Shown here: positions 1 through 8,454 of the stretch, piece by piece | Position numbering within the stretch: the first letter of the stretch is position 1 | Layout: the number at the start of each line of letters is the position of its first letter | Virus record (IMG/VR): IMGVR_UViG_3300032225_000339 | Coordinates: 1-28,261 of that record | Strand: one strand, 5' to 3' | DNA length: 28,261 bases | Origin: a virus | Taxonomy: Duplodnaviria > Caudoviricetes | The notes under the pieces: generated by a model | What the model was told of the DNA's origin: nothing | Database searches by the model: none | Seen by the model: only the letters and a program-made list of their open reading frames with translations | Made by a program: the position numbers and the translations under genes

Positions 1-884
1 GATGTGCCGTTGCTAGTGAAATCTGATGAATAAGTAATGTTAACTACAGTTTGATTTGTGCCATTAACTGAAATGTTGCCGCCACTCCAAACAATATACC
101 TAACCCCAGAACCGGTAGAAGTAAAAGTTCCGGCAGTTAATGTATTGCTGTTAAGGTCAAGTGAACCTGCGGTTAAACTACAGTTGCGAGTAGAACCAAG
201 AGTTAGTGATCCTAACAATCTCCAAGAGCCACCAGCACCATTAAACGTCCACGGATTATCAAAAGTTACACTAGCTGTAGTAATTGTGTATATAGTACCT
301 GTGGTTGACGAAAATGTGTATGTGCCACTACCGCCAGTTCTAGTCATTCCTGACGTAGAAGCTATAAAACCGCCATAGATTGTTAGCGTACTATTTCCTA
401 ATGCTCCACTATATCCAGTTGGATTGGTTCCATCAGTAAAATCTAAAGTACGAACGGAACCGCCCGTTGTAATTGTTAATGCACCAGCACCGGCAGCAAT
501 CCTAAATGAAATGCTGTTGGCTTGAGAAACTGCGGTTGGAGTGATTGTTGTTGTTGCGCTTGCGTTAGTAACAATAATAAGCGGCTCATCAGTGTAGTTA
601 ACGCTCATTGTTGTTGCGCCAGTAAACACCGTACCCGTGGTGTTTAGCGAGAGTGTATATGTAGCAAAGTTAAGCGTACCTGTAAAGCCCGTGCAGTTCA
701 ACGTTTGTATAGTTATGTTTGAGTCAAGCCTAACTATGCCAGAACCAGATGTGGCATTTAAAAATACAACATCACTGCTTCCTGGAGCAGAAAATCCCCT
801 TGTGCCACCTGATGTATCAGACCAATTGGATGTATCACTCCAAACATTTGTAGTACCACCGGTAACCCAATATCTATTTGCCAT
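1..884 (-). CDS. Tail fibre/adhesin-like virion protein (runs off the left edge; not in the ORF track)
   Basis: Hand translation from ATG at 884: MANRYWVTGGTTNVWSDTSNWSDTSGG..., open to the window edge; T/S/G-rich beta-solenoid-like repeats; downstream of the head genes. Confidence 0.7.
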   Translation of the reverse strand, partial: MANRYWVTGGTTNVWSDTSNWSDTSGGTRGFSAPGSSDVVFLNATSGSGIVRLDSNITIQTLNCTGFTGTLNFATYTLSLNTTGTVFTGATTMSVNYTDEPLIIVTNASATTTITPTAVSQANSISFRIAAGAGALTITTGGSVRTLDFTDGTNPTGYSGALGNSTLTIYGGFIASTSGMTRTGGSGTYTFSSTTGTIYTITTASVTFDNPWTFNGAGGSWRLLGSLTLGSTRNCSLTAGSLDLNSNTLTAGTFTSTGSGVRYIVWSGGNISVNGTNQTVVNITYSSDFTSNGT

Positions 885-886
885 GA

Positions 887-1105
887 TTACTCCGTAACGG
901 GTTCATCAACCGCAGGCGGTGGATTAGTAACAAAGTCGTACCACTTGTCGTACCGAGTTTGTTTCATGGCCTCAATCTCAGCGTCAGTCAATCCGTGGTC
1001 GTCAGCCAAGAGCAGCGTGTCAGAAAACACGTATGCTCCATTAAACTTATCAATGGTAAACTTTATTTCAATCATGCTAGGAATCTCAACTTGTACAGAG
1101 TACAC
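887..1105 (-). CDS. Small hypothetical protein next to the fibre gene
   Basis: 72-aa ORF packed in the late operon, ending 2 nt before the fibre ATG; the true start may be internal. Confidence 0.6.
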   Translation of the reverse strand: MYSVQVEIPSMIEIKFTIDKFNGAYVFSDTLLLADDHGLTDAEIEAMKQTRYDKWYDFVTNPPPAVDEPVTE

Positions 1106-1113
1106 AGTTATAG

Positions 1114-1476
1114 TTATACGCCCATAAGAGTTTCAACAACAGCGTTAGTTCCCGTAACGTTAGTGACACTAATACGAACATATCTCCAAGGACAAATAGT
1201 AGAAAACCCGTCTGTAGCCGTAGTGGTTCCAGACAAAGTAATAGTACCCATAGTAATCCAGTTAGACTTAATACCATTAAAGGTATCAGCTTCATTAGAT
1301 ACTTGTACAGCAACAGTTGCTGTTACAGTACCAGTTCCTGTAACAATTGATTGGAAAGTACCGTAAGGACTTTCTTTAAAAATAGGAGAAGAAGCTTGGT
1401 TAGTTGTTGTAGAGGTTACACCACTAAAAGCAAAGTAGCGAGGCTGCTCACCACTTTTAATAAATACATCACTCAT
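1114..1476 (-). CDS. Hypothetical virion protein (Thr-rich, beta-sandwich-like)
   Basis: 120 aa, GGAG RBS, start 1 nt after the upstream stop. Confidence 0.7.
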   Translation of the reverse strand: MSDVFIKSGEQPRYFAFSGVTSTTTNQASSPIFKESPYGTFQSIVTGTGTVTATVAVQVSNEADTFNGIKSNWITMGTITLSGTTTATDGFSTICPWRYVRISVTNVTGTNAVVETLMGV

Positions 1477-1477
1477 A

Positions 1478-1855
1478 TCACACTCCCATTTTGCTAATGT
1501 CTAGCACTATAAAGAATGAGCCAGTTCCTTTGAACACCATATCAATCTCATGTCCAATAAGGCCACCAACCCAACCTAAATCAATCTTGCTACGACCTTC
1601 TAGTGGAAGAACGTAAGGTTGATTTCGGTAATTAATTTGAACTTTCAATCCAGACTCAACCATAAATACAATTGAGTCCAGACGAATGTTGCTAGGATTG
1701 CCCGACAATCTAGACACATCAACAATGTCAAACACAGAGTCATCCTCGTGTTTAATTGTTCCTGTTACTAAGAACACAGTATTTTTGCCACCATCGCTAA
1801 CGATGGAAACATTAATATTGTCGTCAGTGTCTTTGTGTACTAGTTTAGCGTGCAT
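1478..1855 (-). CDS. Hypothetical late protein
   Basis: 125-aa ORF tightly packed in the late operon. Confidence 0.7.
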   Translation of the reverse strand: MHAKLVHKDTDDNINVSIVSDGGKNTVFLVTGTIKHEDDSVFDIVDVSRLSGNPSNIRLDSIVFMVESGLKVQINYRNQPYVLPLEGRSKIDLGWVGGLIGHEIDMVFKGTGSFFIVLDISKMGV

Positions 1856-1860
1856 AGTTA

Positions 1861-2586
1861 TTAACGAGATACTTCTTGAGCAGCCAGTACAAAGTCAACA
1901 GTTAACGTATCCGTTGCAGTTGGGGTAATTTGAAACACTGGTGCGATCAAAGCGTTGGTCAAATTAGTTCCACTAGAACCAATAGTTACAGAAGCAATAC
2001 GCGCATCTGGTCCCATGTTACTAGCATTAGTACCAGAATAAACAATTACATCTGTACCGTCGTAGTAGAACGCCACTTCAACAAACGTATCTGCTACAGC
2101 AGTTGCTACACCAGTTACCAAAGTAGTAGCAGTGCTTCCAACAGTAGACACTAAATTAATAGAAGTAGATGCAGCAGCTTTAGCAAACCAAATGCCATCA
2201 GTTGCACTAGAGCCATTACGCATACCTACGTAATAGGCAACGTTACCTGCTACAGCAGACGTTTTAAAACGGCAAACAAACCATGCACGATTGCCTGAAA
2301 CAAATTGAAAAAACAAGCCATTTTTGTAGGCAGCACTTGCAGTAGTAGCTCCACCGGGAGTAAGAGTAGCCAAACCACCAACACCACTAGCAAGAGCAAA
2401 AGCAGAAGATGTTCCAGTAACAGTGTAATCAGTACCTATCAACGTATTAAAATCGTTGACGTAAGTAGAACTACCAATGTTAGCGGTGCTGCCAGTGTGG
2501 AAAGGATCTGGGAAGGGAAACGAATAGAGGGGTTCGTTAGAGTAAGCAGTGGCAACACCGCTATACAGACGGGTAGGATTAGACAT
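1861..2586 (-). CDS. Virion structural protein (decoration/minor capsid-like)
   Basis: Start reassigned to MSNPTRL (ATG at 2586, AAGGA RBS); A/T/S/G-rich; first large gene after the MCP terminator. Confidence 0.7.
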   Translation of the reverse strand: MSNPTRLYSGVATAYSNEPLYSFPFPDPFHTGSTANIGSSTYVNDFNTLIGTDYTVTGTSSAFALASGVGGLATLTPGGATTASAAYKNGLFFQFVSGNRAWFVCRFKTSAVAGNVAYYVGMRNGSSATDGIWFAKAAASTSINLVSTVGSTATTLVTGVATAVADTFVEVAFYYDGTDVIVYSGTNASNMGPDARIASVTIGSSGTNLTNALIAPVFQITPTATDTLTVDFVLAAQEVSR

Positions 2587-2650
2587 AAAAATTCCTTTGA
2601 CGTTGTTTAAGTTAAACAACGCTCAGTTAAGAGCGTCATCGGACAGGTGC

Positions 2651-2676
2651 ATTCTATAACAAATTAACACTTGTGT
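2651..2676 (-). promoter_or_regulatory. Putative internal late promoter
   Basis: Minus-strand -10 TAGAAT (2651-2656) just downstream of the MCP terminator, with ACACAA 14 nt upstream as in the promoter at 10920. Confidence 0.4.
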
Positions 2677-2732
2677 GGGGTTTTACCGGGATCAGGACGT
2701 TTGCCCTTTTCTTTTTGTCGTTCAAAACTCAT
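2664..2732 (-). CDS. 22-aa basic peptide MSFERQKEKGKRPDPGKTPHKC
   Basis: Hand-translated; AGGA RBS about 8 nt upstream of ATG. Confidence 0.4.
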   Translation of the reverse strand: MSFERQKEKGKRPDPGKTPHKC

Positions 2733-2751
2733 GATATGTTCCTAGTAACAT

Positions 2752-2790
2752 TAAAAATAAACCCCCCTAGACTTGTAATCTAAGGGGGTT
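2752..2790 (-). terminator. Rho-independent terminator after the major capsid gene
   Basis: Minus strand CCCCCTTAGAT-loop-GTCTAGGGGGG followed by a T-rich tract. Confidence 0.85.
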
Positions 2791-2813
2791 GCTTAGTTTA
2801 GCTTGCGCTAATC

Positions 2814-3734
2814 TTAGGGACCATTAACGCCCCACACAGCACGAGCATCAGACCAACCGAACGAATAACGCTCATAGCCTTTAGCTTTAGCATTCATCGT
2901 ATCAAAGTCATTGTCTTGATCGAACATAATGGAATGACGCTCATAGTACTTCATACCAGTACCACCAGGAATGGTGTTACGAATAAACCAAGCGTGAGGG
3001 CTTGAGAAGTAGTGGTTCACTTTGAAGCCACCGGGCAGGTAGTTGCCAGACTTAATGACGTTGATGTCATTGTTGGCATTACCAGTTTGGTAGCTAGAGT
3101 GCAGAATGCGTTGAGCATTAAACACTTCTTGACGAGCAATGTGCAAGTCGTTTGGTTGAATAGCAACTAACAAACCACGGTCATTTTGCAGACCCATGAT
3201 TGCAATCACTGCATCTTCCAAAGCAGCCTCGGACAAGTCCACATCAACCGTAGGCTTGTTAGCCCAAGTACCACCAGTAGTGTTAACGTGAGCAGTCGAG
3301 CAAAGCTCAACACCGTCACCACCCTTGTAGGTGCTATTGAAAGCACGGTTGTAAACGTTAGCAGCAACGTTCTCTTTCGTTTGACGGAAAGACATAGCCA
3401 GAGCTGCGGCACGTTTCTTGGAGATTTGCTCGTAGAGGTTATCGTCCATTTCTTCTTTAGTCACAATGTAACCCATTGCATACGCAACGTGCGTATAGCG
3501 AGTTACATAACCTTGCACCTCAGAATCGTACTGAACGCCAGAGCCTTGCGACTTGACGGGCACAAGACCAAAGCCAGTCAACTGAACATCTTCTTCGTAG
3601 TTTTGAGTAGAAGTGTCTTTGTCAAACAGGTCTACATACTCTTCAGGATGTTCGTTGTAAGTTTGTCCCCACCAAGCTTTAATACCGGGCCACAAGGCCT
3701 TCGGATGGGAACTGGTTGTGATAATTCCAGCCAT
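2814..3734 (-). CDS. Major capsid protein
   Basis: 306 aa; LWPG...Y N-terminus and ERYSFGWSD..GP C-terminus of a widespread aquatic-phage MCP family; AGGAG RBS; followed by a terminator. Confidence 0.88.
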   Translation of the reverse strand: MAGIITTSSHPKALWPGIKAWWGQTYNEHPEEYVDLFDKDTSTQNYEEDVQLTGFGLVPVKSQGSGVQYDSEVQGYVTRYTHVAYAMGYIVTKEEMDDNLYEQISKKRAAALAMSFRQTKENVAANVYNRAFNSTYKGGDGVELCSTAHVNTTGGTWANKPTVDVDLSEAALEDAVIAIMGLQNDRGLLVAIQPNDLHIARQEVFNAQRILHSSYQTGNANNDINVIKSGNYLPGGFKVNHYFSSPHAWFIRNTIPGGTGMKYYERHSIMFDQDNDFDTMNAKAKGYERYSFGWSDARAVWGVNGP

Positions 3735-3749
3735 TATCTATTCTCCTAA

Positions 3750-4352
3750 TTAAATGCCAGCAGTGCCAGTACCGGCGCTGTAGACATGGTTATTGATACG
3801 TACCAACAGTTTGGCATATTGACCCGGCGCATTGTCCACACGCTGAGTAAATCCCAAAAGTTTCAGGTTAGCAGTGGTGCTATCCGTAAGAGTAGCAGCA
3901 GTAGTAGTACCTGAATCACTGTAAACGGTTGCACCAGCAGCAATCAAGAAATTGGTATTACGACCAATGTCAGTGACAGCAGTAGGAGTAGTTTGACCGT
4001 CTTGAATTTCAAAAACCAAGTTAGCGTCATCTGCAATCAAAGCATACTGCACAGCAGTAGAGCTAGGTTGAATGCTACGAATAGTAAGGTCAATGTTGGT
4101 AGCAACCAAGCTTACGCCCGGAGGAGAAACCAAGAAACCAACTACAACACCAACAATAGCCGAACCAGCAACGCCAATAGCGATACCAGCCAAACCATTA
4201 ACGTCGGCGCTACCACTCAAGGTAACGGGATCACCGATATACAGTGCAGCACTGCTTGTCGGAACAGAGTACAACCGAGCTTGTCCCGAGTACGGGGCTC
4301 CGTTGAGATAGCTGACGGGCTTTAGACCGCCAGGACGATTTACGTTTGCCAT
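3750..4352 (-). CDS. Capsid-associated (decoration/stabilising) protein
   Basis: 200 aa, MANxxxPxGLKPV start, directly upstream of MCP; AGGAG RBS. Confidence 0.65.
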   Translation of the reverse strand: MANVNRPGGLKPVSYLNGAPYSGQARLYSVPTSSAALYIGDPVTLSGSADVNGLAGIAIGVAGSAIVGVVVGFLVSPPGVSLVATNIDLTIRSIQPSSTAVQYALIADDANLVFEIQDGQTTPTAVTDIGRNTNFLIAAGATVYSDSGTTTAATLTDSTTANLKLLGFTQRVDNAPGQYAKLLVRINNHVYSAGTGTAGI

Positions 4353-4369
4353 AGGAAACTCCTAATAGA

Positions 4370-4873
4370 TTAAGTGAGTTTGATTCCACCCTTAGGAACA
4401 TAAAAGGCTGAGTTTTCCCCAGTAACTTTACCACCCCTAATCGCGTCATCAATACGATTATTTTTAGCTTGCAGTTCGGCTTGATCTTCCTCATACCACT
4501 CTAACCGCTGTTTCATCAAGTAACCATATTGCTCTGAGCCTTCTGCCCGAGGATTTACAAGATACCTGATTCTTTCTCCTAGGTCGCCATTACGACTAAC
4601 CACATTCTCACTCACACCTCCGATCTCATCGGGGCGCACAAACTCGTAGCCACTATCCATAGCTTCTTGGATACGACCACCTGTATCCGTAAATACATGT
4701 AGATGGTATCCGGGAATCTGTTCTCGCACACCTAGCTTAGCCTCTGTACCATTAAACACATTACGGCGTTTACGTGTTGCGCCATCTGATGCTGTAGATG
4801 GTACAGATTCTTTTACTTGCTGCGCTGCTAGATTGCGTTCACGCTTTTCTTCATAAGTAAGGGCTCGTGGCAT
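4370..4873 (-). CDS. Head-module hypothetical protein
   Basis: Start reassigned to MPRALT (AAGGA RBS); lies between the scaffold-like and decoration genes. Confidence 0.7.
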   Translation of the reverse strand: MPRALTYEEKRERNLAAQQVKESVPSTASDGATRKRRNVFNGTEAKLGVREQIPGYHLHVFTDTGGRIQEAMDSGYEFVRPDEIGGVSENVVSRNGDLGERIRYLVNPRAEGSEQYGYLMKQRLEWYEEDQAELQAKNNRIDDAIRGGKVTGENSAFYVPKGGIKLT

Positions 4874-4895
4874 AGTATATTCCTTTTTGTTAAGT

Positions 4896-5735
4896 TTAAG
4901 AAGTCCAATCAAAATCTGCGACGTATTGTTCTCGGGTCATAAGCTTTTGCTTAACAAACCGATCACATGCAGCTTTGGCATCTGGGGGTAAGTTATCGTA
5001 ACTTTGACTATTGCTTCCACTACGACCAGCACGACCCGACCCAGATTCAACACGGCTATTAGGAGCAGATTTTTTAGAACCACCAAACTTATCTGGAAAT
5101 TCTTCTTGCAATACCTCGTCTAACTTATCAAGAAAAGGTTGCCCTTTAAGACCAGGAAATTCCAAACGAAGGCTTTCACCAATGCCGTTAGCAATGCTAG
5201 TCATGCGTCTGTCTTGACCAAACCAAGTATTGCGATCCAACCAAATTTGCAGGTTAGGGTCTACAGTATTAGTAGATGTGTCTTCAACAGTCGTGGTACT
5301 AGTAACATCTTTAACAGCTTGTTTAGCTTCTTTAAGGTTATCCTTTGCCTCATCTAGTGCATCATCAAGCGCAATAACTTTCTGTCCGTCACCATCACTA
5401 ATGGCTTGGGCACGACTTTCTTTAATTTCTTGAATACGTTTTTCGTAATCACTAGCTTTGCGTTCGTAAGCTTCACGTTGGAATGTTTTAAATTCTTCGG
5501 CAGCTTGACGAAACTCTTTTAGTTGTTCCTTTGTTTGGTTCAAGTCCTTCATAAGGTTCTCATTATTCTTACGCAGAATAGGAAGAATCTCACGACCTCG
5601 TTTTACAAAAGTGTCAGCATCAACCCAATCTTGTTCGTTACCACGGAAGCGTTCTTTAGGAACCCAACCTTGTGACGAAGCTTCTTGGATTATTTCTGGT
5701 GCTATTTCATTTGTGACAACTTGTTCTTCACTCAT
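4896..5735 (-). CDS. Probable head scaffolding protein
   Basis: 279 aa, charged central coiled coil, short helical C-terminal domain, between portal and MCP. Confidence 0.6.
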   Translation of the reverse strand: MSEEQVVTNEIAPEIIQEASSQGWVPKERFRGNEQDWVDADTFVKRGREILPILRKNNENLMKDLNQTKEQLKEFRQAAEEFKTFQREAYERKASDYEKRIQEIKESRAQAISDGDGQKVIALDDALDEAKDNLKEAKQAVKDVTSTTTVEDTSTNTVDPNLQIWLDRNTWFGQDRRMTSIANGIGESLRLEFPGLKGQPFLDKLDEVLQEEFPDKFGGSKKSAPNSRVESGSGRAGRSGSNSQSYDNLPPDAKAACDRFVKQKLMTREQYVADFDWTS

Positions 5736-5753
5736 ACTTTACTCCTAATTAAC

Positions 5754-6101
5754 TTAATGTTTAGCTAGGTAGGGATCTACCAAGTCTACGTCTGCATCTA
5801 GCGTACCCGTAATATCGTGATCGTTAATCATGCGGTAGTCTTGTCCGTCTTTACCTTTGTAGAGCAAACCAGCGTACTTAGCAAAAATAACTTTATCACC
5901 AACTTCACACCACGCAGTAGCATCTTCAAGGTAACAACCGTCACCCATTGCAATTACTACACCAGTAGTGTTTCCCATCTGCTCACGAGCAGCAGTAGTT
6001 TCAGTTGTCAAAAGAATCCCGCCTTTAGAAACTGTGGCAATCTCACGGGGTTTAACAAGGATACGATTACCAACTGGGTTGATTCCAGATTCATTACTCA
6101 T
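5754..6101 (-). CDS. groES: GroES/Cpn10-like co-chaperonin
   Basis: PVGNRILVK, mobile loop KGGILL, GVVIAMG, VGDKVIFAKYAG, final DI motif. Confidence 0.92.
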   Translation of the reverse strand: MSNESGINPVGNRILVKPREIATVSKGGILLTTETTAAREQMGNTTGVVIAMGDGCYLEDATAWCEVGDKVIFAKYAGLLYKGKDGQDYRMINDHDITGTLDADVDLVDPYLAKH

Positions 6102-6112
6102 TTAATTTTTCC

Positions 6113-6328
6113 TTACTGTGGTTGGAATAGGTCTTCATATTGGGTATCAAGGATGACAGCAATTACACGGCATCGGCCTTTAATCTCTAGCTCATCATCA
6201 AACGACCCATTTGCTAAACCTTCTTTCATCATTTCCCGATCTTGCTTAAGTTGTTTCATAAACTTAATAGTGACTGGGTGATGTTTCCATTCTTCAAAAC
6301 TTTCTTTGGTTACTTGCTCTAACGCCAT
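6113..6328 (-). CDS. Small hypothetical protein after portal
   Basis: 71 aa, AGGAG RBS. Confidence 0.75.
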   Translation of the reverse strand: MALEQVTKESFEEWKHHPVTIKFMKQLKQDREMMKEGLANGSFDDELEIKGRCRVIAVILDTQYEDLFQPQ

Positions 6329-6347
6329 TTTTACTCCTAGTTAAAGA

Positions 6348-8450
6348 TCATAGTGCTGGTTGCTCCATTCCCCCCATAGATCCACCCATGCTTTGCATGT
6401 CCGGCATTTGAGGTTGTTGTTGCCCTTTTTGGTCGCCCATCATAGATGCCATGACCTTATTCATTGTGTCGATAGAGCCAAGAATGCCTTCTCGACGTTC
6501 ACGCTGCAAACCAATCTGCGTGTTAATTTCTTGTAGACGAAGTTTTTCACCTTCGTGCAACACACCAATCTTAAGGACTTCAGCTTCTGCTTCAAGTTTT
6601 TTAATTTTGGCTTGGTTAAGTTCTGCATCAGCCATAAGTTTAAGCAAGCCCATTTTCATAGTTAATTCAACTTCAGCTTGCTTGCTCTTAATTTTCATCT
6701 CTTCAATTTGAAGCTTAATGTTTGGTGGCTGCGGAATAGCATTAGGACCCTTAGGATCAGGCAACAGCTTTTCAATGTTTGTAACCTTCATTGCTTTTAA
6801 GAAAGTACGTTCAGCTTCATAACGGTTATACAAACCGGGGGTAGCAGCTACTCGTTGAGCAATTGCAGCAGCTTGGTTTAAACGTTGAGCATCAGAAGTA
6901 ACGCTTGGATCAGCAGTAGGCATAACGTCTGTTACCGGACCAGAATAGTCAGTAGCCAAAACAATACCTTCGCTTTTAGCATTAGATACGTACTGGGTGT
7001 TCTCAGTAACAAAGATTTGATTCAAACGGTACAGTTTACGGAACTCTTGTTTCAAACTACGGTGAGTGCGTTTAAAGATGCCGTTAAAGATTTTCATACC
7101 CTGCTCTGCCATAGTGCGGGTAGTTTCAGCAGGAGTGTTTTGTCCAGGATTTTGTCCAGACAGAATATCTACAGACCCACCAATACGTTCACCATAATTA
7201 ATCAACAAGTTTAGCAGGGTGAAGAGTACTTGAGAGGGTTCACGGACTGGCAGAGGGACAATACCTTTTCGTAGATCGTCGCCAGTGGTGTCAACATGTT
7301 TCCACTCCAAAGGACGGAAACTAGACTCCCCACCACGAAGCTTGATACCACGACTAAGAAAACCACCAGCAGTAACCGCCATAGTGCCAGCATCAACCAG
7401 TTGGTTAAGAATGGTATTAATTGATTCATTAAGGGGGCCAAGAAGAACACCGAAACCCAAGTCATAGAAACCACCATCAGGAGAAGGAATAAAAGGATAC
7501 TTAGTAAAGTATTGCTCAGCAGTAATACTAAGAATTACTTTCTTTTCGTTGTACTCAACATCTTTGTCTGTGTAGCGTGCAACAATACGAGCTACTTGTT
7601 TATTGTCTTTGCGTACATAAACAATGTATGGCTCAGCATAACCATCATCATCAAAGTCAATGTGGCAATGTTGTTCTAGGATTTCAATAGGAGTACTAGA
7701 GTCATTTAATTGTGGAGGAGTAATACCCTGAGCTTTGTCTTGGGCTGTTTGTAATCCATTGCCCATAACCCAACCAGAAGAACCTTGTTGATGGCTTTCA
7801 GAAATTTCACACCACAAACCACGGGCTACACGTTCATAGATTTCATTGCGAGACATTTGCAATACGTGAGTTACACGAGGTGCAGTCTCTAAGCTTTTAG
7901 TCCAGTAGTTAACAACTAAATCTTTAGCCAAAACATTTTCAGAAATGTTGTGTTTACGAACTGGGTCATAATAAGTTTTCTTAAAAGCACAACCAATAAT
8001 AGGTTGAGTAATAAGAACTTTATCCATTTCAGATTCCCAGTCTTCGTCTTCTTCAAGAAGCTGGTAACTCATGTGTTGTTCAACACGAGTAGCACGAAGA
8101 GCGTGTAGACCATCTTTGTCATCACCTACTACCCGACACTTAACAGGCAAATCACTGTCAATAAGTACAGGGTAACTACGAGCATGGTATTGCAGTGCAG
8201 CAATAGTGATAAGGGGAAACTTAACGTTACTGGCATTAGGCCAAGGAAAGTTTTTAGTTTCAGCAACTTGAAGAGCAAGCTTAAGAGAAGCTTCAGTGCG
8301 CTTTTCCCAAGAACTACGAGATTGAAGATCAGCATCAAAGTCTTTGACAACCTGAGTACCAATTGCTTCTAAGTCTGCTTTGCACAGCAGGTTAGCGATG
8401 TTGGCCTCGTACATGAGGTCTTTAATGTCAAACTTATCTTTGAGGTTCAT
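6348..8450 (-). CDS. Portal protein
   Basis: About 700 aa directly after TerL; FPWPNASNV, FYDLGFG, TTRTMAEQG motifs and C-terminal coiled-coil barrel; start 8450 or 8465. Confidence 0.88.
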   Translation of the reverse strand: MNLKDKFDIKDLMYEANIANLLCKADLEAIGTQVVKDFDADLQSRSSWEKRTEASLKLALQVAETKNFPWPNASNVKFPLITIAALQYHARSYPVLIDSDLPVKCRVVGDDKDGLHALRATRVEQHMSYQLLEEDEDWESEMDKVLITQPIIGCAFKKTYYDPVRKHNISENVLAKDLVVNYWTKSLETAPRVTHVLQMSRNEIYERVARGLWCEISESHQQGSSGWVMGNGLQTAQDKAQGITPPQLNDSSTPIEILEQHCHIDFDDDGYAEPYIVYVRKDNKQVARIVARYTDKDVEYNEKKVILSITAEQYFTKYPFIPSPDGGFYDLGFGVLLGPLNESINTILNQLVDAGTMAVTAGGFLSRGIKLRGGESSFRPLEWKHVDTTGDDLRKGIVPLPVREPSQVLFTLLNLLINYGERIGGSVDILSGQNPGQNTPAETTRTMAEQGMKIFNGIFKRTHRSLKQEFRKLYRLNQIFVTENTQYVSNAKSEGIVLATDYSGPVTDVMPTADPSVTSDAQRLNQAAAIAQRVAATPGLYNRYEAERTFLKAMKVTNIEKLLPDPKGPNAIPQPPNIKLQIEEMKIKSKQAEVELTMKMGLLKLMADAELNQAKIKKLEAEAEVLKIGVLHEGEKLRLQEINTQIGLQRERREGILGSIDTMNKVMASMMGDQKGQQQPQMPDMQSMGGSMGGMEQPAL

Positions 8451-8454
8451 ATCT

